From assembly GCF_009914755.1 (NCBI RefSeq), contig NC_060936.1: a stretch of 64,000 nt of DNA; one strand, 5' to 3'. This DNA is from the human T2T-CHM13v2.0 reference genome, Homo sapiens. The position numbers were made by a program, and so were the translations under genes. This document shows positions 33,274 to 53,365 of the stretch, piece by piece (positions within the stretch are counted from its first letter, which is position 1; each line of letters begins with the position of its first letter). The notes under the pieces were generated by a model. The model searched no databases. It was not told the origin of the DNA and saw only the letters and a program-made list of their open reading frames with translations.

Positions 33274-34013
33274 TCGGTTTAGTTTTTTTATCTTTAGCTA
33301 GGCTGCCTGCAGGTTTCCCTGTGCATGTGAGGTTCAGCAGGAATCAGAGACTTAGGCAGAGTTTATATACAGAATTCTGGGTTTCTCTTCTCTGGCTTTC
33401 CCCTTTCCAAGACTCACCCCTCACTCTTCAATAACTTTGATTACTCTGGGCTCCACTCTCGGGTTCCTCTCACTGGAAAGCCAGCGGGCTTCTATTGGAA
33501 TTTTAGCTGTAAACCAAAAATAAAATTCTAAGCCCCCACAACCAACTGAAGGCCCCCTGCCACCTCAGCTGAGGGCATTCCAAAGTAAACTTGAAAAACT
33601 AGTTTGGGCAGTGATAAGAATAGGTGTTAGGACATGTCTCATTATACCCTCCTGCCTTTGGGATTCAGGCACAACTGACCAGCATCAACATCAAAACAGA
33701 GATCTTAAGACTGACAAAAAGACTCTGTGCAATAAGACACCAAATTCCAATCTGACTCTAGTATAGCATCACATGACATAGCAGTCTCTGAAATAAATTA
33801 TAGTATTTTCCCCCAAAACGTATTTCTTTGACATATTTAAAAATGGTCCTGCAAAGCTGTCTCTTGTGGAGGAAATCTACCTTCTATAGAGAATTCCCCT
33901 TTTTTTCCAGGTCTTTTCCTGACCCAGGAGAGAATTAACTCCAAGTCTGGTGCCTTTTTAGATCTGATAAGAGACATTTCCCATCTATTCTCTCTGATGC
34001 AATAAGAAACTTG

Positions 34014-34549
<536 letters not shown>

Positions 34550-34750
34550 TCATCCTCACAACCCCTTAAGCCAGACACTCCCTTCTATTGATTCCAGTTC
34601 TTTAGATAATAACTCAATCAATTGCCAATCAGAAAATCTTTGAATCCTTTGAATCCACCTATGACCTGTAAGCTCCCCTCCCCGTCTTCAAGTTGTCCCA
34701 CCTTTCCAGACCAAACCAATGTGTACTTCACATGTATTGACTGATGTCTT

Positions 34751-35054
34751 ATTTTTTTTTTTTTTTTTTTTTGAGACAGAGTCTCGCTCTGTTGCCCAGG
34801 CTGGAGTACAGTGGCGTGATCTTGGCTCACGACGATCTCTGCCTCCTGGGTTCAAGTGATTCTCCTGCTTCAGCCTCCTGAATAGCTGGGACTACAGGTG
34901 TGTGCCACCATGCCCAGCTAATTTTTTTGTATTTTTAGTAGAGATGGGGTTTCACCGTGTTAGCCAGGATGGTCTTGATCTCCTGACCTCATGATCCACC
35001 CGCCTCGGCCTCCCAAAGTGCTGGGATTACAGGCATGAGCCACTGTGCTCAGCC
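34751..35054 (-). mobile_element. AluSc/Y-type element
   Basis: reverse dimer; TSD gactgatgtcttat. Confidence 0.93.
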
Positions 35055-35069
35055 GGACTGATGTCTTAT

Positions 35070-35735
35070 TGTTATGGGTAGTTAGGCATGAGTGAGGAAG
35101 GAGGGGGCTCCCCCACCCACTAGGAATGTCAGATGATGACTTGGCAATGATCACATTGCCTCTCTAAGAGTGATAAATGGCAGCTGGCACCAGGGAGAGG
35201 CCATTTCCTGATGGTCCACACCTGTTGCACTAAAGTGTTAACTGAATGCAGGCGCCAGGGAGAAGCAGCTTCCTGGGCAGGTGCATCAACAGACAAAATG
35301 GCAGAGTATGACTTTCCGGGGGCAGTCCACTGGAAAATCAAAGAAAGCCTCGGAGGGGTGAGCGTACAACTTCCTAAACACACTGTGTGTGCTCACTTCC
35401 CAAGGGTAAGGGGGACAGCACACATAAGGGCAGCCCACCCTAAGGGAAGAATCATGGGACAGGGGCCAGCCTATAAAGTCCTAGGATCAAGGTTAAACAC
35501 TGCACTTGACCTCGGTGCCTGCTTGGGTCTCTTCCAAGTGCACTCTCCTTTCCTTTCTTTCCTGTTCTAAAGCCTTTTAAATAAACTTCCACTCCTGCTC
35601 TGAAACTTGCCTCAGTCTCTTTTTCTGCCTTATGCCCCTCAGTCGAATTGTTTCTTCTGAGGAAGCAAGAACTGAGATTGCTGCAGACCTGTATGGATTC
35701 ACTGCTGGTAACTGGGATACCTTCCACCGGTAACA
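35070..35735 (+). mobile_element. MER50-type ERV1 solo LTR nested in the MER4 LTR
   Basis: TGTTATGGGTAGTTAGGCA...ggaatgtcag...tataaa...aataaacttccactcctgctctgaaacttgcc...GGTAACA; 4-bp TSD ttat (35066-35069 / 35736-35739). Confidence 0.82.
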
Positions 35736-36530
35736 TTATGCCTCCCTGAAAGGTGTGAAACCAAACTGTAACCCAGCCACCTTGGACATGTGTTCTTAGG
35801 ACCTCTTGAGACTGTACCTTGGGCCTTGGTCACTCATATTTGGCTCAGAATAAACCTCTTCAAATATTTTACAGAGTTTGACTCTTTTCATTGGCATAGC
35901 CCTCCTATGCTGTGCTGTGACCGTGGCCAACACAAGGAAAATCCACAAAGTCGTGGACCCATTTCATGCCAGGTGCTTCCTGAACATATTGATTCCCCTC
36001 CAAAACCTACCTGCTTGGGTTTACTCTCCAGAGCCCTTAGGTAGGTAGGTTTTCTGTTTGTTTATATATTTTGTCCAGAATGTATAGATTTTATCTGTGG
36101 GGGATTGGTCAGCTAGGCACTGATTTCTCCATATCAGAAATAGGACTCTGCCCATGAGTTTTAAGTGGCCTCAATTCTCCCATAAAACTCCCCAACCCTC
36201 CCTTGATTTCCAATCTCCTTCAGCAATCTGCCCTATGTGTCTTCCCATCCACAGCCAATTTTCTTGAAAGAATCATTTTACCATCTTTATTCCTCAGTCC
36301 CTACTCCCTTCTCAGCCCCTCCAACACAGGTCTCTGCCTCATCATAACAAACAAATGGCTTTTGCCAAGTTCCCCAGTGACCTTCAACTTACTAAATCTG
36401 ATGGACACTTATTAGCTCTAATCTTCCTTGAATTCAGCACGTTTCCCTTTACATCTAGTCCTCTTCCACTGTTTCTATCTCAGTTATTTACTCCACCAAC
36501 CATCCTCTTACACTGGCCAGAATATAATGA

Positions 36531-37216
<686 letters not shown>

Positions 37217-38184
37217 CTCAAAGTGCAAATCTAATCACGTCACTCTCTTATTTAAAACACTTCACTGATGACTTACTTATATACATGCCAACATTTTTTA
37301 CCTGGCCTGCCATAGGCTGAGGCTTATCTAATTCTTTGTCTTTAGCTCACACTGTGATCCCCACAACTTCTGCTGTAGACATATTAACATTTTCTGTGCG
37401 CTGGGAAGTTTGTGTTTGGGTTCAATGCTTTTAATAGGTCAGACCTTTTATAGGTGGTTTTGGCCTGTAGGGCAGAATTTAAAGTGATTTTTAAACCATG
37501 GAATTGCCCTTGATAAACACATAGGAATATTGTAAGTTCAGTAAGAAAGCTGATACAAATGTAGCTGATATGGCTATTACTATTACATTTATTGATTCCA
37601 ACCAACCATGCAAATTCCTCAGTTGTTACCCACCTGTTCAGATAGATGGTGTACATGTCCACGTGTGAGCATGTGTGTGCATGCACACGCACACACAGAA
37701 GCACTTGCAGATAGTTCCCATGTGTTTCTGAATACTGTACATCAGGTTGTCGAATGCCAACAGCTTTAGCTATACCTGAAGACCTTTTGCAGGGGCATTC
37801 TGCTTTTCTTGGCCTCTGTATTTACTGTCTGATTTTACAATGTTGTCTGTGCATTTCTGTCTTTACAGAGTACATGCTGACCATCAGCAATCCCAGACAT
37901 AGAATCTGCTCTTCTTCAGACCACGACCTTGTAAAACCTAGGTGGCTCCAGACACCCTCCTACTCCAGAAGTGCATGCTTTCTGTAGGCAGTGACCCATC
38001 TCAGGTCACACACACACACACACACGCACACACCCACCCACAGAATTACCGGCACTCATTACGCTCAATGCTTCTGATCAATCTTTCTGTTTTTTACTCT
38101 TGGGAACTTGGATCCAGCCCACTCTCACCCCCACAAGACATCTGAGGATAGCCAGGAGTCTGAAGGCCCCAATTTGAAAAACAC

Positions 38185-38390
38185 ACAGTCTGGTATGGTC
38201 CCTGATGCCTGTTTTTGTAAATACAGTTTTATTGGGACACAGTCATGCTCATTTATTTATGTATTTTTTATGACCGCTCTCCTGCTTCAATGGCAGAGCT
38301 GAGTAGTTGGGACAGAGACTGTATACCCTACAAAACTGAAAATATTTACTATCCGGCTCTTTACAGACAAAGTTTGCTGGCCTCTTCTAA
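38185..38390. mobile_element. MER58A DNA transposon
   Basis: tgcctgtttttgtaaatacagttttattgggacacagtcatgctcatt...aaaatatttactatccggctctttacagacaaagtttgct. Confidence 0.85.
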
Positions 38391-38430
38391 TCTATGTTTT
38401 CCAATAGTCTTAGCAACAATCAGTAACAAA

Positions 38431-38535
38431 GTAGAGTTGCCAGATTTAGCAGTTAAAAACACAGAATATAAATTTGAATTTCAGATAAACAACAAATACG
38501 TTTTTTTTTTAAAAAGAATAAGCATGTCTCAACAA
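38431..38535. mobile_element. MER53-like DNA transposon fragment
   Basis: agagttgccagatttagca...aaatttgaatttcagataaacaacaaata. Confidence 0.7.
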
Positions 38536-39146
38536 TCACACGGCAGCCCTATATAACAAAGACTTACACAAGAACCCTGTGGTCCTCTCAATCCTGCCAC
38601 CTGCCTCACTTTGAGCCTTGGAGGAGAAAGAAGGTGAAGAAAGGAGGGGCCCTTGGGATGATGTGCACCCGCCAGAAGAGGGCATTTGGGATGGAAGCAG
38701 AAGAACAGTCTTTGGTCACTCTTCCCTGCCTCACCTTGACGACTGTGGGAGCTCCAGCGTTTGAGGTCCTCTTGGTGCCTGGTAGGTGTCCGTGACGAGT
38801 AACCACCCTACAAATTGCACGAGCGAATGTGGTCAAGGAGGTGAAGTGGGGAAGGAACTGTTTCCTCACTCTGGCATGTGCTTCTTTAAAATAGCAGCTC
38901 CAGTGGGCATTTAACTGATGGTTTATAAGTTTTCCCCTTGTCTAGTTTCTTGCCCTGTTTTTTTAAAAAAATTATCATTTTTTCTCTTTTTCTTAAAAAA
39001 AAAAAAAAGCTACAAAAAGTGGAAACAAGGGCTCACTATGTTGCCCAGGCTGGTCTCAAACTCCTGAGCTCAAGTGATCTCCCGCCTGGGCCTCCCAAAA
39101 TGCTGGGATTACAGGTGTGAGCCACTGTGCCCAGGCAATGCCCTGA

Positions 39147-41632
<2,486 letters not shown>

Positions 41633-41710
41633 GCTGCTTTGCAAGTCACTTGAAACCTATGGCCGAATGTGAAGTGTTGGCGGAACCCCGCTCCGGCAGC
41701 GTGCACTTTC

Positions 41711-41726
41711 GCCACTAGGTGTCGCA
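41711..41726 (+). promoter_or_regulatory. CTCF motif, forward orientation
   Basis: GCCACTAGGTGTCGCA preceded by TGCACT (upstream-module-like), in a small CpG-retaining patch. Confidence 0.65.
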
Positions 41727-42489
41727 ATTCAGCAGGCACAGTCCTGAAGCTTGACTTGGGGTGGTTGGCTGGGACTTTAATTTTAGCCTATTGTCATTTT
41801 TGATTTGATTTGGTGATTTCAAGGGGATAAACTGACATGCTATCCTTTGAAGTCCCTGGGGATCCAGAAATTCCAGCAGAGTTGCTGACATCCAGGCCTG
41901 GAAGGAGCTGTTTGGAGTCCTGCCTTTGTTCACAGTTAAAATGGCATATAATTTATCATCCACGCCAGGATATTTCGAGAGTGAAAGAGGACTTAGGAAC
42001 TATGCCAGGACAAGAGGAGTAAGTAGGATGTGCCCCCGAAACCTGGATACAGTCACCCTACCTATATCTAACCTCAGCATTTTTCAGAATCTCCTCCAGA
42101 AGGGAAATGCAATGACATTTCCTCAGAAGCCTGGTATGATAAGCAGTGACTTCATGCGTTTGTAAGTCCCTTCCCCAAGAGGGTGGTGCGTCATTGTCAG
42201 GTTTACTTGCGTTTAGTCCTCAGTGGACACTATCAGTGTGTCTGCTTCACAGACCACTAGTCACCTTTGTGTCCTTTATGCTGAATAATCCCATCTCCTC
42301 TACAGCTTTTCTTCAGAGCTTCCTTCCAGCTGTCAGCCCCTCAGAGGCACTGAGGCATTCATCTCTGAATGTGGTGAAGGAGAGTGAGCAGTGAAGCCAT
42401 TTTCTGGGCTATTGCTGAGGGATTTCTTCTAAGATTTCATCTATCTCTAAGACTTCAGAATTCCATTATTTCAGATTTGCTCTAATTAA

Positions 42490-44953
<2,464 letters not shown>

Positions 44954-45410
44954 TCAGGCAGGCTCCAACACACACCCGCGCTGTCAGCATCTCGCACAGT
45001 CCGCCCGAAACACCAGGGAAAGGGTTCGTAGGTGTGGGGGTGGGGTGGCGAGGCCAGGCAGCCTGGCGCGAGGGAGAGAGCCGAGGCCTGGGCCAGGAAG
45101 GCCCTTGGGTGCCGTGTGGGCGCAGAGCCCAGGAGAGCGCACTGCCAGGCCCGGACCTCCCCGCCCCTACCCCGGGAAGAGGCCCGTTCGCCGCAGGGGG
45201 AAGGCGGGATCATAGCACCTCGGAGGAGCGGCCGGTCCGGGCATGCGGGCGGCGGGGCGGGGAGGGAGGCTTCCGGAACCCCGAGAGAGCACCCGTGCCT
45301 CGCGGGCCCCGTGCCCCGTCCCCGGGCTCCCCTTCCTCTAACGCAGGGGACCCAGCCCGGGGCAGTGCCGGGCACTGGCGCTGGCGCCCCGCTCAGCCCT
45401 GCGATCCTTC

Positions 45411-45458
45411 TCCGCCCCGCCCCTCCCCGCTCCGCCCCGCCCCTCCCCGCTCCGCCCC
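45411..45458. repeat. 20-bp direct repeat TCCGCCCCGCCCCTCCCCGC x2.4 (Sp/KLF boxes)
   Basis: identical copies at 45411-45430 and 45431-45450 plus a partial. Confidence 0.9.
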
Positions 45459-45509
45459 CGGGCCGCCCCGCCCCGCAGGCTCGCCATTCCCGGGCAGGCC
45501 CCGCCCCCT

Positions 45510-45584
45510 GTTTCCGCTGGCGGCGGCGGCGGCGGCGGTGCCGGAGCGCGAGCAGAGCGGAGACCCCCAGGTCCTGCGGGCGCG
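45510..45584 (+). other. TSPAN9: TSPAN9 non-coding exon 1 (TSS approximate)
   Basis: ends GGCGCG|gtgagt within the CpG island; matches my recollection of the TSPAN9 5' UTR and the TEAD4-TSPAN9 gene order. Confidence 0.85.
45519..45538 (+). repeat. (GGC)6GG trinucleotide repeat in TSPAN9 5' UTR
   Basis: ggcggcggcggcggcggcgg. Confidence 0.95.
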
Positions 45585-47094
45585 GTGAGTGCGGCCCGGG
45601 CGGCGGGCGGCGAGGCGGGTCTCAAGAGCGTGCGGAGTCGCGCGGCCTTGAGCCGGCGCCGGGCGGGCTGGGCACCCCCAGGCCGAGACCCGAGAAGGGG
45701 GAGCGGCCGGGGGCGCCCACGGGAGGCAGTGTGGGCAGGGCGGCGGTGGGACGAGAGGACGAGGAACAGAGTAGGCGCCGTGCGGGAAGCGGGCCGGGAA
45801 GGGGAGGGTGGGTGCGGGGCCCGGGCACCGAGCGAAGTGGGGTCCTCCAGGGGATGGCTCCGAGGAAGACCGTTTCAGAAAGGGAGTAACCCGGGGCCGG
45901 CAAGGGTTTCCGACTGTGTGACCCCGTGCACCGCTTGGGACAGTCCATACAAGGACCCCAGAGAGGGCCAGGGGGCCTTCGGGCAGGGCTGGGATATGGC
46001 CTGCAGCCCCCCGGCACCCGCGACCGCTCCCTGGGCCACTGCTGGAAGATCAGCACTCCGAGTGACAGGACTCTGGCACACCCCGAAGTTGGAGATCTAG
46101 CCCATCTGTGCATTCAAGTTTGGGACTTCAAAAAACTTTCTTGTGGTTTTTAAAAAAAGATCCAAACAAGAAACCGGCTTGTTGTTGTAAGAGCAATATT
46201 TGTACTTGTACATCTTGGAACTGGAGTCTTGGATCTCCTCCCTCTTTGAAAAATATACGAGTCACTGCTTCATCTTCCCCCAAATGCCTGTTTTGTCTGG
46301 GGAAGCTTGGGCTAGTATGGGATCCCCTGAGCTACCTTTTTCTCGCATCACCAAAACGGGGGGTAAGAAGGCAGGGGCTTACCTGCCTTACCTGGTAACT
46401 CTTAGTTCAGAGACCCAGTCTCTCATTATGTGCGCGTGCCCTTCTGACCTGCAGCTGTCCTTTTCCCTGGGGTGACTCAGGTATTTCCTCCTCCAGGAAG
46501 CTTTCCTGGACTAGTGGAGAAAACTGAAGACTCATGCGAGGATCCCTATATATACCTGCCAGCTCCCTTCTCTTTACTGAAAATAGCCACAGAGAATGTT
46601 GAATATATGCTTTGCTATAGAGATACGCAGCCAGCTTGCCATCATAAGTAATGGGGAGGGGAGGAGAGGGATTATGGATAATTTCAAACAATAGCCTGGA
46701 CAAATCATTTATATTTAGCTAAGGAATGCAGCCAGAGAGGCAGACAATTACACCGGCTTCCTACCCTCGGCTTGGTCCTGGCATGGCTGATGCAGCTGGG
46801 CTGTGGGTTGGAGGGAGAGGATTGGGGTAGATAAAACTTGAAGTGTAATTCAGTTCTACTCTCACTCACTGAAGACCCCCTGTGTGCAAGTCCCTGAACA
46901 GGTGAGAGTAGGATTTTTTTTTTTTTGGTCTGGTTTAATCAGATTTTAATATTCTGGCAGGGCTTTTTAAACCTATGAACAGATATTTAATATTAATAAC
47001 AATAACTAGTGTTGATAAAGTAATTTATAGTTGGCCAAGTTTTTTCTATGCACGTTACATTAGCTGTATATAATTTTATTTAATTCATACGTAA

Positions 47095-48945
<1,851 letters not shown>

Positions 48946-49814
48946 TTAGTGTGCTTTATTAAGCTCCTGCTGTGTGCTTAGTAAATGCTGACCTTGAGGA
49001 ATTAATCGGGAGAGTTGTGGAGAAGCAGCCCAGCTTAGGTGGGAAGCCCTTGAACCTGGGGTGGCTGGAGGGAGTGCCCCCTTTTCGCAGGCCTGTAACC
49101 CCAGGGCCAGCCAGCACTGTTAAGTGAATGAGTGAGTGGGTTGGGACTTGGGCGGATGCCTTCACCTCCTTTAGTCTCAGCTCCTTGCTTGCAAAATGAG
49201 GATAACAATACCAAGTACTCAGGGTGTTGGGAAGGAGCCATGAGCTGATGTATGTGAGGCACGTAGCTCAGGGCCTCATATACAGCAGGTGTGCAGTAAA
49301 CGGTGGCTGTTATTTATAACCTCGTGGAGGAGACTGGACTAAGATGCTTGGAACAAGAGAGGACAAGACTTCTTTTCTCTGCCGTGAGGGCCCAGCCTGC
49401 AGTGGTTGTCATCCTCACTGACTAAGAGGGAGTGGATCTAATCCCGGTGCATTCGCCTGGCATTCAGCATCCTGCCTGTCTAGCCTTATCGCCACTCTCC
49501 TCCCTCCTGGAACCCTTGGTTCTAGCCAGACTTATCTCCCAAGCATGCTTTGCGCGTTCCTTCTTGGCCCCTTAGTTCATCCTCTTCCACCTTCCTGGTT
49601 GGTTCTTCCATCCCTCTCCTCTTTCAAGACCTTTCTCATGTCTGAGCTCCTCTCAAGACCCTGGCATCCCATCCCAAATGAACCTCTTTTTCCTGGGAAC
49701 CCCGGTGGCATTTTCTGTCTTCATTTTGCTCCTGGCCTTTATATACTTCCTTGGGTGGTTCTCTAGTGAACTCCACAAACAGTGTATGTGTCACATGTAT
49801 AAGAGTCTGTGCTG

Positions 49815-49937
49815 GGCTGGATGCGGTGCCTCACATCTGTAATCCCAGTATTTTGGGAAGCTGATGTGCGAGGATCACTTGAGCCCAGGGATTTGAGACC
49901 ACCCTGGGCAACATAGTGAGGCCTCTGTATCTAAAAA

Positions 49938-50002
<65 letters not shown>

Positions 50003-50158
50003 GCCAGGTGTGGTGGTACACACCTGTGGACCTATGGTCCCAGCTGGAGGTGGAAGGATCGCTTGAGTTCAGGAGTTCGAGGCTTCAGTGAGCCATGATT
50101 GTGTCACTGCACTCCAGGCTGAGTAACAGAGCGAGAATTCTGTCTCTTAAAAAAAAAA
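49815..50158 (+). mobile_element. AluJ containing a (TG)18(TA)13 microsatellite
   Basis: TG run 49940-49975, TA run 49976-50001 at the Alu middle; TSD aa(g/a)agtctgtgct. Confidence 0.92.
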
Positions 50159-50159
50159 G

Positions 50160-50950
50160 TCTGTGCTAAGTTCTGATGCTGCAAAAATAAAAAAGATAAA
50201 CGTCCTTATCTTCATGGGGCTTATAAGCCAGTAAAGAGTTGAGAAACGGGTTTGAAAGATGACAGTTCAAAGGACAAGGCGAATGGCTTCTGAGAGCAGA
50301 ATGTTATGTGGGTTGAAACAGTTCAGTCACCTTGATTGAGGAGCACCATTGCATGCAGCAAGTGGTGGTGGACATGAACCCCGGAGGGGAGCTTGCATTT
50401 CAACAGAAGGAGGAAGGATCAGCCTGGGGCTAGGCACTGAGAAAGTTGAATGGTGCTTGTGAATGGTGCAGGTGGGCCAGGTGTGGCATGTGTGCAGGGA
50501 AGCCATGGAGGAGAGGTTGGGCAGGTAGACAACAGCTGTATTGTGTGTGGCCTTCAAATCACCAGCCAAGAACTTTATCTGTCCATTCATTCTTCCAAGA
50601 GAACTTGAGTGCCCACCATGTGCCAGCATTAAACTGGTGCTGTGGAGATAGCCATCAACCTTGGGAGGCCCTGGGAAGTTTGCAGGTTTTGAGCAAGGGT
50701 AAGAGAAGCAGGGCTGGGCTTAAGGAGGATGAATCTGAGGTCTGTGAAGAGGGGACGTCATGGTAGGGAGAGTGGCTGGGCACTTGTGAGGAATGGTGAG
50801 GAGGCAATGAACCTGAGACATTTTGGAAGTAGGATCAGGATCATTTGTAACTTGATTGGATGGGGAGGTGAGGAAAGGATGAAGGTGAAGGGGGATTGAA
50901 GCTGATTCTGTGCTGGGTGATTGTGAAAATGCAATGCCATTTGCTGTTTC
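50160..50950 (-). mobile_element. degenerate L2 fragments
   Basis: ggttttgagcaaggg...gagacattttggaagtaggatc...gattggatggggagg. Confidence 0.6.
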
Positions 50951-51801
50951 CGGTAGGCATTGTTTCGTCAACTAGATTGCAAGCCCCTTCAGGGCATGGA
51001 TTCTAACTCCCTCTGATGTTCTCCTTGACCCTGAAATCACTGCTGTGAGGCACAGAACAGAGTAGGCACAGTGGACCCTTCACAATCTCAAGAAATGAAG
51101 CTTGCACTTTCTGGCATCCCAAATTTGTATCCACAGCAATATTTGTTCATGGGCCTGGCTTTCTCCGGAGTCATGTTTCTGCAGAGTCAAATGTTTCCTG
51201 TATATATCCTCACACCCCAAGTTAACTGCCCTTTCAGTTTCTGCTGCAGTTTTATTTCTCACTTGATGGCCATTTTCCACCAAGTTTTTATTGCTCCATA
51301 AGAGTAACTTTGAATGTGGTAGAGATGAAAACAACAAGGTGGCCCTTTCCTTTATATTGACCTCATAGCGTACGCGATGCAAACACATCTCAGTGAGTTT
51401 ACACACTTTTACATATCTTGAAACTTTGGGTCACTTGTGAGTGGCCAAAATTGTAATATTAAATCCTTGGGTGACAAAGGTCTACCCCAGGGATGACAAA
51501 TACATGGTGAGGATTCTGTTACTTCTGTAACTGCCCGTGGCAGACATCACTAATCAATCGCAGCTGTCTTTTCTGCTGGGCCAGGGCTTGGGTTCTGCTC
51601 ATAATGCCTTGGGTACCCACCGCCAACTGAGTGGCATTAGCACACTGCCTTCCTGTTTGCCATTTCTGGCCTTCTCCATTTGTTGAGTGAGCAGTTTCTT
51701 GGTAGGGGACTGCTGCCCCAAAGAGTGGTCCTTGATGGACAGAATTCACCCTGGAGTGGCTTCTTACCAAAGTGATGACCTAATTTTTTGCCTTCCTGCA
51801 G

Positions 51802-51868
51802 GAATATCCTGGAACCTTCTTTTGTTTGTCAGCAGCCAAGGTGTTTCCAGGAAGTTCAGAGAGAACAG
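51802..51868 (+). other. TSPAN9: TSPAN9 non-coding exon 2 (67 nt)
   Basis: cctaat branch point + ttttttgccttcctgcag|GAATATCC...GAGAACAG|gtcagt; sequence recalled from the TSPAN9 5' UTR; coding exons lie beyond the window. Confidence 0.88.
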
Positions 51869-53249
51869 GTCAGTGTTGGTCCGGGTCCATTGTGGGGTAG
51901 GGCCTCTGAACGTCTGTGTGTTACAAACTCTGTCTGAAGTCAAGGTCTTTCTTGCCCTTTAACTGTGGGTTGGGCAGGATAGAAGAGGATGCTGACATTT
52001 TCTAGTTGTTGTGCCCTGACTCCTGGCTTTGATTTTCTAAGCTCCTTAAATTGGGCTTTGGGGGCCAGGCAAGAATGATCTCCTCCCCACTGTTTCTGAT
52101 TGGTGGCTGATGGTACTCTTAGATTCTTTCTTGGCCACCCCATTTGTGTGGAGGAAGCCTAGGGAGAGGCCTGTAACTTCCTGCTTCCTGTCTCCTCCCA
52201 GCAGGCTTGGGAGCCAGGGTGGAGGGGCCTCCCACAACAGGCCAGAAGAGAAGATGCAGGAGTCCTGGCCAGTCCTTAGTGTCTCCATTTTGCTCTGCCC
52301 ACCGCCCTCCACCAGGACCCCTACGGGGCCCTCTTCCCTGATCCTCCAGGCTCCTGGGGGTCTTGCTGATGGTTTGTTCATTGTTCCTAGCACTTGTGCA
52401 TCGAGGCCTCCGCTGTGCCAGACTACAGACCAGGCAGCCAGACAGTGGGGGTGGACGGTGCTGATTCAGGTTCCCTTGGGGTGCTGTTTACTGACCTGGG
52501 CCTTTTTATGTTTAATTTATGTGTGTTTTCTCCTGCGGCTTCTCCCTGCTGGGTGATTTGTAAAATCTTACCTTCCCTGAACCCAATGGTGTAGTCGGTG
52601 GAGCAGGGAGAGGGGGTGGAATGGTGCTGGCTGGTGGCTCATCTTGCCAAAGATTCTCTTGTCTGTGAGTTCCAGCAGGGATTATTTGGTGTCCCAAGAG
52701 TGGCCAGGAACCTCTTATTGTCCTGCCATGCCTTGCACGTTATACTTAGGATGCCAGTATTCATATTTGTCATCATGATCAGACTCAGTTTTAGACCCTT
52801 TACAAATGTCCACCACCAATTTAACTTAATCAGATGAAGTTATAATTTAAATCTCATTTAACTTTCACAAAGGCCCCGTGGGGTAGCTGTCATGTCCTCC
52901 TCCTTTACCAGCGGCAGCAGGTAAGGCCCACATAGTGTTAGCCGGAGCAGGGGCTCCAGCCCAGATGCTATGACCCTGCAGCGCCTGCCTTTTCTAATGC
53001 AGACCTGCGGCTGTTCTTAACTGACTCTGGGAATCCGCTCCAGGTCCCTCCCTGAGCCTGCTTGTGGCAGGAATGCCTGAGCTCCCATTTTAAGTCCTCC
53101 TCCCGCCTCCCTGGGGCCCGGATGGGTGTCTGCTTTCATTCTTGCAGCTCTGGGATTTGAGGCACCGCGTATCACTGGATGGTGCAGTGCCGCTAGGCAC
53201 ATGGGCTTGGGTGGAGGAAAATCAGTCTGGTGAAGATCAGGCAGTAACC

Positions 53250-53365
53250 GTCCAGGTGCAGTGGCTCACGCCTGGAATCCCTGTGCTTTGGGAGGCTGAG
53301 GCAGGAGTTCAAGACTAGACTGGGCAATATAGTGAAACTTTGTCCCTATTAAAAAAAAAAAAAGA
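53250..53365 (+). mobile_element. Alu monomer
   Basis: left arm with internal deletion and A tail. Confidence 0.8.

Noticed and set aside
45032-45889. 285-aa ORF and overlapping ORFs over the CpG island
   Set aside because: Stop-poor because of extreme GC; low-complexity Pro/Arg/Gly translation in several frames; crosses the exon-1 donor.
51802-51868. Circular RNA from TSPAN9 exon 2 via flanking inverted Alus
   Set aside because: A single 67-nt exon is very short for back-splicing, and nearer Alu partners compete.
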